Of a stretch of DNA of 64,000 nucleotides, positions 39,179 to 48,406 are shown one piece after another. Under the pieces are notes generated by a model, which saw only the letters and a program-made list of their open reading frames with translations, made no database searches and was not told where the DNA came from. The position numbers and the translations under genes are program-made. Within the stretch, counting starts at the first letter, position 1. The number at the start of each line of letters is the position of its first letter. This DNA comes from Endomicrobiales bacterium (lineage in GTDB: Bacteria > Elusimicrobiota > Endomicrobiia > Endomicrobiales > CAWCFT01), in the NCBI GenBank assembly GCA_963794945.1, contig CAWCFT010000004.1, positions 370,691-434,690 on the forward strand, given 5' to 3'.

Positions 39179-41923
39179 CTATTTCTTCTTGCTTGTTTCC
39201 TTAAGCACAGCCTGCGCCGCGGCAAGGCGGGCTATCGGAACTCTGAAAGGCGAACAGGAAACGTAGTTCATGCCGATCTTGTGGCAGAACTCGACCGACT
39301 TGGGGTCTCCGCCGTGCTCTCCGCAGATACCGATCTTGAGGTCTTTCTTAACTTTCCTTCCGCGCTCGATGCCGATTTTCATTAGCTCACCGATGCCGTC
39401 CTGGTCGATGGTCCCGAACGGGTCATCCGCAAGGATCTTCTTGTTGATGTAATCAAGCAGGAAGCCGCCGATGTCGTCGCGGGAGAAACCGAAACCCATC
39501 TGGGTAAGGTCGTTGGTGCCGAAGCTGAAGAACTCGGCCACTTCAGCGATCTTTCCAGCCTGAAGCGCCGCTCTCGGTATCTCTATCATCGTTCCGAACA
39601 TGTACGTTATTTTTTTGAGGCCGTACTTTTCACAGGTCTCTTTATAAATTCTGTCTACTATGGCCTTCTGGTCAAGCAGCTCTTTTTCGTTGCAGACGAC
39701 GGGTATCATTATTTCGGGATTGACCTTCTTTCCCGCCTTAACAAGTTCAGCCGCAGCTTCAAGTATCGCCCTCACCTGCATCTCGGTGACTTCAGGGTAA
39801 GTTACTCCGAGCCTTACTCCGCGGTGCCCCATCATCGGATTGCTTTCTTTTAAGCTTTCTCCGCGCTTCTTTGCATCATCAACGGAGATGCCGAGCTCTT
39901 TGGCCATATCGGCTATCTTGTCTTCGCTGTGGGGAACGAACTCGTGCAGCGGCGGATCGATCATCCTGATCGTTATGGGGAAACCATTGAGAACTTCCAT
40001 GGTCGCCTTGATATCGCTTTTGACGAAAACTGAAAGCTCTTTCAAGACTGCCTTGCGTTCTTCAACGGTTTTCGACATGATCATTTTCCTGAGCAGGAAC
40101 AGCGGTTTATCGCTGCCCTCGCCGTAGAACATATGCTCTATGCGGAAAAGCCCAATGCCTTCGGCTCCGAACTCCATCGCTTTCTTCGCGTCTTTCGGTG
40201 TGTCGGAGTTGGTGCGGACTTTAAGCTTTCTGAATTTATCTACAAGCTTCATAAGCTGTTTGAACGAGGCGTTGTGCTCAAGGTCAGGGTCAACCAGGGG
40301 AAGCTTCGCCGCGTAAACCGTGCCTTTCGTGCCGTTGAGCGTAATCCAATCGCCTTCTTTTACAGTTACTCCGCTCTTTGTTGTAAATGATTTCTCATCA
40401 TCGGCTATTTCAAGCCCTTCGCAGCCGACTATGCAGCATTTGCCCCATCCGCGCGCGACAAGCGCCGCGTGTGAGGTCATGCCGCCCTTGGAGGTAAGAA
40501 TAGCTTCTGCTTTATGCATTCCGTCCACGTCTTCGGGAGACGTCTCTTCTCTTACAAGAATGACTTTCTCACCCTTTTCCGCCCACTTCACTGCGTCGTG
40601 GGACGAGAACACTACGCGCCCAACCGCTCCGCCGGGGCCTGCCGGAAGGCCTTTCGCTATTATCTTGGTCGCGCCTTCGGCTTTCGGGTCGGTCATCGGG
40701 AGAAGAAGCTCAACGAGCTGGTTCGAAGGAACGCGGGCAACTGCTGTCGCCGCGTCAATGAATTTTTCATTATACATATCAACGGCCATTCTTACGGCCG
40801 CGGTTCCGTTCCTCTTTCCTATCCTGCACTGAAGCATGAATAGTTTGCCGTTCTCTATGGTGAACTCTATGTCCTGCATGTCTTTGTAGTGGGTCTCGAG
40901 CCTTCTCTGTATGTCAAAAAGCTCTTTGTAGATAGCCGGCATTAATTTCTGAAGTGACGGCAGGTTCCTTGACTGGTCGTTCTTGGACTGGTCGTTGATA
41001 GGGGCCGGTGTCCTGATACCCGCGACAACGTCTTCGCCCTGCGCGTTGACAAGGTATTCGCCGTAGAAATAATTTTCGCCGTTGCCGGGGTTCCTTGTGA
41101 ACGCGACGCCCGTGGCCGAATTATCTCCCATGTTGCCGAACACCATTGCCTGAACGTTTACAGCCGTTCCCCATTCATCCGGTATTCTTTCTATCCTGCG
41201 GTACTCAATGGCGCGTTTTCCGTTCCATGACATGAACACGGCGCCGATTCCGCCCCATATCTGGTCTTCTGGCTTTTCAGGGAAAGCTTCGCCCATCTCG
41301 GTTTTGACCATTCCCTTGAACGTCGCTACAAGGCCCTTAAGTTCTTCTGCCGAGATCTCGGTATCAAGTTTATAGCCTTTCGAATGCTTGAGCTCTTCAA
41401 GCTTCTCGTCCATGAGCTTTCTGATGCCTTTGCCCCTGGCCGGCTCTCTTCCCGCGGCTTTTTCCATAACGACATCCGCGTACATCATGACAAGCCTGCG
41501 GTAAGCGTCATAGGCAAAACGGGGGTTGTTGGTTTTCTTTATAAGGCCCTGCACTGTTTCGTCGTTGAGGCCGACGTTCAAAACCGTGTCCATCATTCCC
41601 GGCATCGATTTTCTCGCGCCTGAACGGACGGAAACAAGAAGCGGGTCGTTGACGTCTCCGAACTTCTTGCCCATTATAGCTTCTACTTTCGCCATGGCAG
41701 TTTTAACCTGAGCTTTGAGCTCAGCGGGGTATTTTTTCTTGTTCTCATAATAATAGGTACAAACTTCAGTTGTAATGGTAAATCCGGCAGGCACAGGCAG
41801 TCTCAGGGCCTTGTGTCCGGCCATCTCGGCAAGGTTAGCGCCTTTGCCGCCCAGCAGGTTCTTCATACTCTCGTTTCCGTCAGCTTTTCCGCCGCCGAAA
41901 GAATACACATACTTTTTAGGCAT
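39179..41923 (-). CDS. ppdK: Pyruvate, phosphate dikinase
   Basis: LLGGKGANLAEM, SMPGMMDT, GGMTSHAA, SFGTNDLTQ, CGEHGG. Confidence 0.97.
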   Translation of the reverse strand: MPKKYVYSFGGGKADGNESMKNLLGGKGANLAEMAGHKALRLPVPAGFTITTEVCTYYYENKKKYPAELKAQVKTAMAKVEAIMGKKFGDVNDPLLVSVRSGARKSMPGMMDTVLNVGLNDETVQGLIKKTNNPRFAYDAYRRLVMMYADVVMEKAAGREPARGKGIRKLMDEKLEELKHSKGYKLDTEISAEELKGLVATFKGMVKTEMGEAFPEKPEDQIWGGIGAVFMSWNGKRAIEYRRIERIPDEWGTAVNVQAMVFGNMGDNSATGVAFTRNPGNGENYFYGEYLVNAQGEDVVAGIRTPAPINDQSKNDQSRNLPSLQKLMPAIYKELFDIQRRLETHYKDMQDIEFTIENGKLFMLQCRIGKRNGTAAVRMAVDMYNEKFIDAATAVARVPSNQLVELLLPMTDPKAEGATKIIAKGLPAGPGGAVGRVVFSSHDAVKWAEKGEKVILVREETSPEDVDGMHKAEAILTSKGGMTSHAALVARGWGKCCIVGCEGLEIADDEKSFTTKSGVTVKEGDWITLNGTKGTVYAAKLPLVDPDLEHNASFKQLMKLVDKFRKLKVRTNSDTPKDAKKAMEFGAEGIGLFRIEHMFYGEGSDKPLFLLRKMIMSKTVEERKAVLKELSVFVKSDIKATMEVLNGFPITIRMIDPPLHEFVPHSEDKIADMAKELGISVDDAKKRGESLKESNPMMGHRGVRLGVTYPEVTEMQVRAILEAAAELVKAGKKVNPEIMIPVVCNEKELLDQKAIVDRIYKETCEKYGLKKITYMFGTMIEIPRAALQAGKIAEVAEFFSFGTNDLTQMGFGFSRDDIGGFLLDYINKKILADDPFGTIDQDGIGELMKIGIERGRKVKKDLKIGICGEHGGDPKSVEFCHKIGMNYVSCSPFRVPIARLAAAQAVLKETSKKK

Positions 41924-41947
41924 TTTTTTCTCCTTTTTATTAAAAAC

Positions 41948-42029
41948 GATTACGCTGATTATTACTGAGATTACACGGATAAATCAAAAAGTCTAAATCT
42001 GTGTGATCTGTTTTTAATCTGTGTAATCA
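41948..42029. repeat. GATTACAC/GTGTAATC-type inverted repeat
   Basis: GATTACGCTGATT...GATTACACGGAT mirrored by AATCTGTGTGATC...AATCTGTGTAATC; a shorter relative lies at 61485-61516. Confidence 0.65.
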
Positions 42030-42051
42030 GGAGGCTATTTTAATAGCCCCT

Positions 42052-42285
42052 TCATTTTTTTTGTTCGTTGAGGATTGTGGACTTTGCGAGGGCATCTAGG
42101 GTTGGTTTATGTATGGTGCGCTTATAATCCAATATAAGTCCGTAGACCTCGTCCATCGATTCTTTTATGACAAGCCGGTTGTTAGTGTAAAGATTTATGA
42201 CCGTATCCGGCACCGATTCTATGCTTTCAATGAGCTCGGCGTTTAATATTACTTGTTGGCCGTTTAAACGATGTACTTTTATCAC
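42052..42285 (-). CDS. flbD: FlbD-family protein
   Basis: (M)IKVHRLNGQQVILNAELIESIESVPDTVINL...VIKES.DEV pattern; GTG start. Confidence 0.8.
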   Translation of the reverse strand: MIKVHRLNGQQVILNAELIESIESVPDTVINLYTNNRLVIKESMDEVYGLILDYKRTIHKPTLDALAKSTILNEQKK

Positions 42286-42417
42286 GGCTAATTCTACAAC
42301 TTCAGGTTCCAAAAGTCAAGCCGGAGGCCCGGCATGTTAGACAGGGTAATTCCAGAGCGCCTTTCATGAGTGGCCAAGAACATGATTTTAACGTTGTTCG
42401 GTTATCTACGCCTGCGG

Positions 42418-43566
42418 TTAGACACTCTTAACAAAACGGTTTATCTTCGAAACTACTATGTTTTCCCAGAATTTGTTCGCGGATGTCCGGAAATCGTTTG
42501 GCTTAACCTTTGTATTTATGGCCTTCTCCAACATACGTCCTATTACTCCTGAACGATATAACGATTCACCGGCTTTCTGTATGGAATCTAATACCAGATT
42601 ATACGTTTTAAAAAAAGTGGGGTCATTGTGGAGGAACATGCATGCGGTCCTATAAATGCCTCCTAAATACGGCATATGAGCGCCGTGGCTGACCGCCTTG
42701 AAATATTCTATAACCGCGTTGAAGTGCGATTGTTCAGGGAACCCGCAAACCGAGAACACGAAAAAAGACTGCTCTTTCTTTACCCGCCGGGGATGCCGCG
42801 TTTTTGACAGCCCGGCTATCATGTACGGGTGCTCAAGGCAAAATGCGCGTTCAATGAAATTTTTTAGTTTGCCGGGGACGGTGTCCCAGTATAGGGGAAA
42901 GGCGTATATAATGAGATCGGAACCGTAGTAGCGGTCGTAGAGGGCGTTCAAGTCATCCTGTTGCACGCACTTTCCCGTATTGTTTTTCCAGCAATGGAAA
43001 CAACCGGCGCAGGGGAGAATGTTTGCCGAACACAGATCAACGGTTTCCACAACGGCGCCCGCGCCGGCCATTCCTTTGATGAACCTGTTCAGGTACAGAT
43101 AAGTATAACCGTTACGTCCCCTGGGCGCCCCGTTAATTACCAGAACTTTTTCCGGCGGATGCCAATTTTTGAGAGGTTTTAATTCGAATTCAGCGGGGGG
43201 ATCGGCTGTCTCAACGCCTATTTTATACAACAGATCCTTTCTGATGATTCGGTCAAATACTTTTGTGTCGCCCTCAAATTTCAGTTTTCCTGTTACCGCC
43301 CCCCACACCGGGTTCAACTTGCCCCTGGCAAGTTCAAGCCAGTCGTACAGACTGGCCGTGAGTTTTACATCGTACGTTTTAATACAGCCAAAATCAAAGA
43401 CCAGCTTATCGCCATCCGAAACAAAATAACAAAGTATTTTTTCATCCCGGAATTCCAGGTCGAGCCGTATACTGCCTTTTTCTTTTTTTGACGACGAATT
43501 AAAAGCATCGATGATGTAACAGGAAAGGATTGTTAAGTTCTCACGCGAGCTGATTTCCTCTTTCAT
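42418..43566 (-). CDS. SCP2 sterol-binding domain fused to a flavodoxin-like iron-sulfur flavoprotein/FMN reductase domain
   Basis: LNPVWGAVTGKLKFEGD (SCP2); INGAPR, CAGCFHCW...C, FPLYW, LKNFIER. Confidence 0.8.
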   Translation of the reverse strand: MKEEISSRENLTILSCYIIDAFNSSSKKEKGSIRLDLEFRDEKILCYFVSDGDKLVFDFGCIKTYDVKLTASLYDWLELARGKLNPVWGAVTGKLKFEGDTKVFDRIIRKDLLYKIGVETADPPAEFELKPLKNWHPPEKVLVINGAPRGRNGYTYLYLNRFIKGMAGAGAVVETVDLCSANILPCAGCFHCWKNNTGKCVQQDDLNALYDRYYGSDLIIYAFPLYWDTVPGKLKNFIERAFCLEHPYMIAGLSKTRHPRRVKKEQSFFVFSVCGFPEQSHFNAVIEYFKAVSHGAHMPYLGGIYRTACMFLHNDPTFFKTYNLVLDSIQKAGESLYRSGVIGRMLEKAINTKVKPNDFRTSANKFWENIVVSKINRFVKSV

Positions 43567-43634
43567 GGTTTCCTCCTTGCATTCTTAATAAATTATAGCA
43601 AGGAGCTTGTCTCAGCGCATTAACATTTGTTAAT

Positions 43635-44282
43635 TCATTTATTTTTACCCGTACGGATACGTGATAACGAAACCTGGGTTAACCCCAAAAATGAGGCCGT
43701 GTCTTTTAAGCTTATTCTGCCCCTCAGATGACTGTACTCCGCCAAAAAAGTTGTGTACCGCGCGGCGCCGTCCTCTTTCAGAAAACTCGCCTCTCTTCTC
43801 TCTTTTTCGGCATATATCTTTTCAGTATATTTCCTTGCTATCGCGCACCACGCAAGTGACGCGCCTATATTATTACTGTAGGTTTGGAAACCGATCGACA
43901 GCACCGCTGTCTCTTCCATGGCTTCGATATAGTATGGTGAAGGGAATTGGTAAAGGAAGCCCGCGTAAGAAGCGGCAAAATCGTTCTCCGGAGAGAAATG
44001 TTTTACCCACTCGTTGCCGTCTGCGTCGATATAATAATATTTCATCAAACCTTTGACAATAAAACCTATTTTATCCGGGACTTCCCCTTCTCTCACGAAA
44101 AGGTCTCCCTTGTTGTAATGCTCTACCCTGAATGCATCCCTTATCTCGTTTTCGTTGATGATCACACCTGAGCCGGATATCTTTTTTAATTCATTTATTA
44201 GCACGGTATGATAGTTATCCCTGCTATTTGCATTTGGCAAGATTAGCTCCCTTTGTGGATTTAGTCTGCGGTATTTCCGCAA
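43635..44282 (-). CDS. Crp/Fnr-family transcriptional regulator
   Basis: cNMP-binding barrel and ASFLGLTQVSLSRIR HTH; true start probably about 44204. Confidence 0.88.
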   Translation of the reverse strand: MRKYRRLNPQRELILPNANSRDNYHTVLINELKKISGSGVIINENEIRDAFRVEHYNKGDLFVREGEVPDKIGFIVKGLMKYYYIDADGNEWVKHFSPENDFAASYAGFLYQFPSPYYIEAMEETAVLSIGFQTYSNNIGASLAWCAIARKYTEKIYAEKERREASFLKEDGAARYTTFLAEYSHLRGRISLKDTASFLGLTQVSLSRIRTGKNK

Positions 44283-45672
44283 GGGCGGCCTGTATGCACC
44301 TGATAACGAATGTGATCTCCTGCTTTGTTATGCTTAGAGGCGGCATGAGGACCAGAATATTGCCCAGCGGGCGGATTATGAGGCCCTTTGGGCGGCAGGC
44401 GGCGCAAACGCGGGCTCCAATTTTTAGTTTCGCGGGAAAATCTTCCTTTGTCCGGAGGTCTTTTACCAGTTCTATGCCTGCCATCAGCCCTTTCTGGCGG
44501 ATGTCGCCGACACAGTTCAAGCCCCGCAATTTTGAAAGCTCTATTTTCAAGTGCTCAATTTTGGCCGGCAGCGCTTTCAGCACGTTCTCTTTTTTAAATA
44601 TATCAAGGTTAGCTAGAGCAGCTGCGCAGGCAAGCGGGTTTGCGGTGTACGTGTGTCCGTGAAAAAACGTTTTGAATTCCTCGTATTTACCCAGAAAGGC
44701 TTTGTAAACTTCTTCCGTTGCGAGTGTTGCGGCAAGCGGAAGGTATCCGCCGGTGATACCTTTTGAGAGGCACATGAGGTCGGGGCTGACGCCTTCGTGC
44801 TCAACAGCGAACATCTTACCTGTCCTTCCAAACCCGGTCGCCACCTCATCGCATATAAGCAGCACCTTGTATTTCCGGCAAAGCTTTTCTATCTCCTTTA
44901 CATAGCCCCGCGGCATCACAAGCATCCCCGCCGCGCCCTGCACCAGCGGCTCGATCACCGCCGCCGCTATCTCTTTGTGGTGTTCTTTGAATATTTTTTC
45001 AGCCTCTTTGAGGCATTCGCCTCCGCAACTCATTGCCTCGCAGTGGTTTGCAAAGCTGCTAATTTTTGATCTTTGATTCTTGATTTTTGATTTTCTGTAT
45101 TCGCAACGGTAGCAGTACGGCGACGGCGCGAAAAAGGTTTTAAACAGCATCGGGCGGAACTTGGCGTGAAAATCTTCCATTCCGCCAACGGAAACGGAGC
45201 CTATTGTGTCGCCGTGGTAGGCATTGACGAAAGAGAGGAACTTCGTTTTTTTTGTGTTGCCTTTCTGGCACCAGTACTGGTAGGCCATCTTGAGCGCGAC
45301 CTCAACGGAAGTGGACCCGTTGTCGGAATAAAATACCCTGGAAAGCTTGCCCGGCGCTATGCCGATAAGCTCTTTGGCGAGCTGTACCGCCGGCTCGTGC
45401 GTAAGCCCCAGGAACGTCGTGTGGGCTATTTTTGAAAGCTGCTTTTTTACTGCATTATCGAGCTCTTTTTTCCCGTGGCCGTGAAGCGTAACCCACAGCG
45501 AAGAAACCCCGTCAAGGTACTTTTTACCTTTTGTGTCATAAAGATAGTTCCCTTTCCCGCGGGCAATGACAAGCGGAGTCGAAGGCTCGTCTTTTACCCA
45601 GTCCGCCATTTGCGTGAACGGATGCCATATGTATTTTTTATCGTCTTTGATTACCTTCGCATTTTGATCCAT
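44224..45672 (-). CDS. bioA: Adenosylmethionine-8-amino-7-oxononanoate transaminase
   Basis: IWHPFTQM, SSLW..HG, YHGDT, DEVATGFGRTG, SKGITGG, HGHTY. Confidence 0.95.
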   Translation of the reverse strand: MDQNAKVIKDDKKYIWHPFTQMADWVKDEPSTPLVIARGKGNYLYDTKGKKYLDGVSSLWVTLHGHGKKELDNAVKKQLSKIAHTTFLGLTHEPAVQLAKELIGIAPGKLSRVFYSDNGSTSVEVALKMAYQYWCQKGNTKKTKFLSFVNAYHGDTIGSVSVGGMEDFHAKFRPMLFKTFFAPSPYCYRCEYRKSKIKNQRSKISSFANHCEAMSCGGECLKEAEKIFKEHHKEIAAAVIEPLVQGAAGMLVMPRGYVKEIEKLCRKYKVLLICDEVATGFGRTGKMFAVEHEGVSPDLMCLSKGITGGYLPLAATLATEEVYKAFLGKYEEFKTFFHGHTYTANPLACAAALANLDIFKKENVLKALPAKIEHLKIELSKLRGLNCVGDIRQKGLMAGIELVKDLRTKEDFPAKLKIGARVCAACRPKGLIIRPLGNILVLMPPLSITKQEITFVIRCIQAALAEIPQTKSTKGANLAKCK

Positions 45673-45701
45673 ATCTCTCCAATTGAACCGTCTAGTGTTT
45701 T

Positions 45702-46070
45702 TGTCATTCCCGAGTTCCGTTATCGGGAATCCATTTCATTTGAGCCATAATAAATGCACTGAACCTCCGCACAGCAAGTAGTGCGGTATCAGATGAATTT
45801 TATCTTTCTTCCTCGCCCTAGATGGGTAAGATTTTGGGCCTTAAGGAGTTGATTATTAACTCCGAAAAGGAAGAGGATTGAGGTGAGGGTGATCTTTCAA
45901 GTGAGCTTTTTATTAAGCCCCCTCATCCTAACCTTCTCCCGCCAGGGGAGAAGATATATTCGGTAACCCCGCAACAAGTCGAAGATCCGCCGGAGCGGGC
46001 TGCGGGGAATAGTCAAGTTTAAAAATAACGGTTTGTTCTGGATTCCCGCTAAAAACTCGCGGGAATGACA
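45702..46070. repeat. Composite nested palindromic repeat region
   Basis: TGTCATTCCC...GGGAATGACA arms enclose CCGCA..TGCGG hairpins, which enclose a GAGGTGAGGGT/CCCCTCATCCTAACCTTCTCCC element. Confidence 0.8.
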
Positions 46071-46088
46071 AATACAGGCATCAATAAT

Positions 46089-46725
46089 TCATCCCGTTAT
46101 CCACTTATTTTTTGCGAGGTCTATTGTCCCCCGGCACGAAACGACCGCGACCGGAAGCTTTGTGAGTTCCCGAAGTATTTTTGGATTTGTTTTTTCAGCA
46201 AGCGTTATGTTGGATAGGCAGTTCATTACGATACCCGCCACTTTTATTTTTTCCGAACGGAGTTTCTCTACCGTCAGAAGCGTGTGGTTGATGCTCCCGA
46301 GATAAGGTTTCGCGACAACTATCACGGGCAGGCTGAACTCTTTTATAAGGTCGAAAACAAAATAATTCTTTTTTAGCGGCACGTATACCCCGCCCACTCC
46401 CTCGACTATCATGAACTCGTGTTTCTTTTCTAATTCTTTATACGCGCTCTTTATTTTAGATATCTCGATATTCTTGCGTGAGAGCCGTGCGGAAACAAGC
46501 GGGGCCAGCGGGTGTTTCAAGAACACCGGGTTTACATCATCAAGCGGTTCACCGGTTTCCGCCGCGAGACACAAGCATCCTCGCGTCGCTCCTATTACCG
46601 GTCAATATCGGTTTGAACACGCCGACGTTTACCCCGCTAGCCTTCAAAGAGCGTGCTATCTCGCAGGAAACATAAGTTTTCCCCGCGCCCGTATCGGTGC
46701 CGGTTACAAAGATACCTTTGTTCAT
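46089..46725 (-). CDS. bioD: Dethiobiotin synthase (frameshift near 46575)
   Basis: MNKGIFVTGTDTGAGKT...FKP from 46725, then PLAP, VEGVGG, LGSINH. Confidence 0.9.
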
Positions 46726-47134
46726 TTATTCCTCTTTTTTTACTTATTATCCCCCTCTTTTGTTCAAAGAGGGGCTGGGGGAGTTTCTGGCTCAATTGTA
46801 CCAATACATCATCAATATTTTTCAGTATGTCGCTGTTACTGAACCTTTCCACTGTGATATGCATTAATGCAAAATATTCATCCCGCTTTCTATCCTTTAG
46901 TTCCCCTTTTTCTTCATAATGCTGCCCGCCGTCCGCTTCCACTATTAATTTTAACTTTGGGCAATAAAAATCTGCGATATATTTACCTACACCATATTGC
47001 CGATAGAATTTATAGCCGTAAAATTGTTTATTGCGAAGACGAGACCACAACTTTCTTTCCGCGTCTGTTTGAGTTCTTCTCAATGTTTTCCGTATTGTTT
47101 TTGTCTGTATGGTGTTGAAAATCTTTGTAGACAT
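46637..47134 (-). CDS. DUF559/Vsr-like endonuclease-domain protein
   Basis: LRRTQTDAERKLWSRLR, KFYRQ, YIADFYC, IVEADGGQH, DRKRD, RFSN; C-terminus reads through the flanking repeat. Confidence 0.9.
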   Translation of the reverse strand: MSTKIFNTIQTKTIRKTLRRTQTDAERKLWSRLRNKQFYGYKFYRQYGVGKYIADFYCPKLKLIVEADGGQHYEEKGELKDRKRDEYFALMHITVERFSNSDILKNIDDVLVQLSQKLPQPLFEQKRGIISKKRGINEQRYLCNRHRYGRGENLCFLRDSTLFEG

Positions 47135-47185
47135 AATTATTGTTTCAAACTCCCCTTAATCCCCTCTTTAAGAATAAAGAGGGGA
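46750..47185. mobile_element. Putative element: DUF559 gene bracketed by CCCCTCTTT/AAAGAGGGG hairpin arms
   Basis: Arms at 46750-46784 and 47147-47185; an extra half copy at 47212-47251. Confidence 0.6.
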
Positions 47186-47249
47186 AACAGTTTTTTTCTT
47201 TTACTTTATATCTCCCCCTCTTTTGTGCAAAGAGGGGGTGTGGGGGGAG

Positions 47250-48398
47250 TTAATTAAGACAATTCAATAATTTAATAACGTCATTTTCATTATGGTCGCT
47301 GGTAAGCGAAAACCTCGAACGGCACTCGCCCTCGGGCACGGTGGGCGGCCGTATAGCCGGCGCCAAAATTCCTGCCCCCAACAGTTTTTTTGAAAGCTCA
47401 AGCGTTCTCTCCAAACTTCCGAAAACCGCGGGAATTATCTGCGTTTCGGAGCCCGCGGTATTTATCCCAAGTTTATCGAGCCTGCCCCTGAGGTCGTTCG
47501 ATAATTCTTTTAGTTTGTTCCTTCGTTCGGGCTCCCTTTGAACTATCTCAATTGCCTTAAGCGCGGCGGCCGCCATCACCGGAGCAAGGGAAGTTGTGTA
47601 AATGAACGCCCTGCTTTTGTTGACTAGATATTCTATAAGATCTTTGCTGCCGCATACAAAACCGCCCTGGCTGCCAAGCGCTTTTGACAGCGTCCCCATT
47701 ATAATGTCCACCTCGCCTTCTACACCCTCGTGTTCAGCAAGGCCCCTGCCGTTTTCGCCAAGCACCCCGGTCGAATGCGCTTCATCTATCATAGTTATCG
47801 CGCCGTATTTTTTTGCGAGAAGTACAATATCTTTTAGCGGAGCTATGTCGCCATCCATTGAAAACACGCTGTCTGTAACAACCAGCTTCTTTTTATATTC
47901 TTTCGCGCGTTTGAGGACTTTCTCCAATCCCGATATGTCCCTGTGAGGATAAACAAACACCCTGGCTCCGGTAAGTTTTGCGGCGTCCCACAGTGACGCG
48001 TGGTTAAGCCTGTCCATTATGATGCAGTCGCCCGCGCTAAGAAGCGTAGATATAATGCCCGAGTTAGTTTGAAATCCTGTTGGAAATACAAGCGCTTTTT
48101 CTGTTCTCTTCAGGCCCGCAAGTTTTGCTTCAAGCTCCGCGTGGATATCTAAAGTCCCCGCAACCAGCCTTGAAGACGTCCCGCCCGCGCCGTATTTCTC
48201 AATGGCGGCTACCGCGGCCTTTTTTACTTCCGGATGCGCAGCGAGCGCTAGGTAATTGTTAGATGAGAAATTGACGTACGTTTTCCCCGCGATGGTTATA
48301 TCCCTTCCCGGGGCGGAAGTGATAACCCTGAGCTCGCGGTACATGCCGTCAACTTTTAATTTATCAAGCTGGTTTTTAAGTTCGTCGTTGAAAGTCAT
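47250..48398 (-). CDS. bioF: 8-amino-7-oxononanoate synthase
   Basis: SSNNYL, NHAS, SVFSMDGD, DEAH, GTLSKA, IRPPTVP. Confidence 0.95.
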   Translation of the reverse strand: MTFNDELKNQLDKLKVDGMYRELRVITSAPGRDITIAGKTYVNFSSNNYLALAAHPEVKKAAVAAIEKYGAGGTSSRLVAGTLDIHAELEAKLAGLKRTEKALVFPTGFQTNSGIISTLLSAGDCIIMDRLNHASLWDAAKLTGARVFVYPHRDISGLEKVLKRAKEYKKKLVVTDSVFSMDGDIAPLKDIVLLAKKYGAITMIDEAHSTGVLGENGRGLAEHEGVEGEVDIIMGTLSKALGSQGGFVCGSKDLIEYLVNKSRAFIYTTSLAPVMAAAALKAIEIVQREPERRNKLKELSNDLRGRLDKLGINTAGSETQIIPAVFGSLERTLELSKKLLGAGILAPAIRPPTVPEGECRSRFSLTSDHNENDVIKLLNCLN

Positions 48399-48406
48399 TT
48401 TTTTGT

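Noticed and set aside
46637..46749. Real DUF559-BioD fusion or meaningful overlap
   Set aside because: The DUF559 ORF reads through the repeat in a different frame from bioD, which has its own start at 46725
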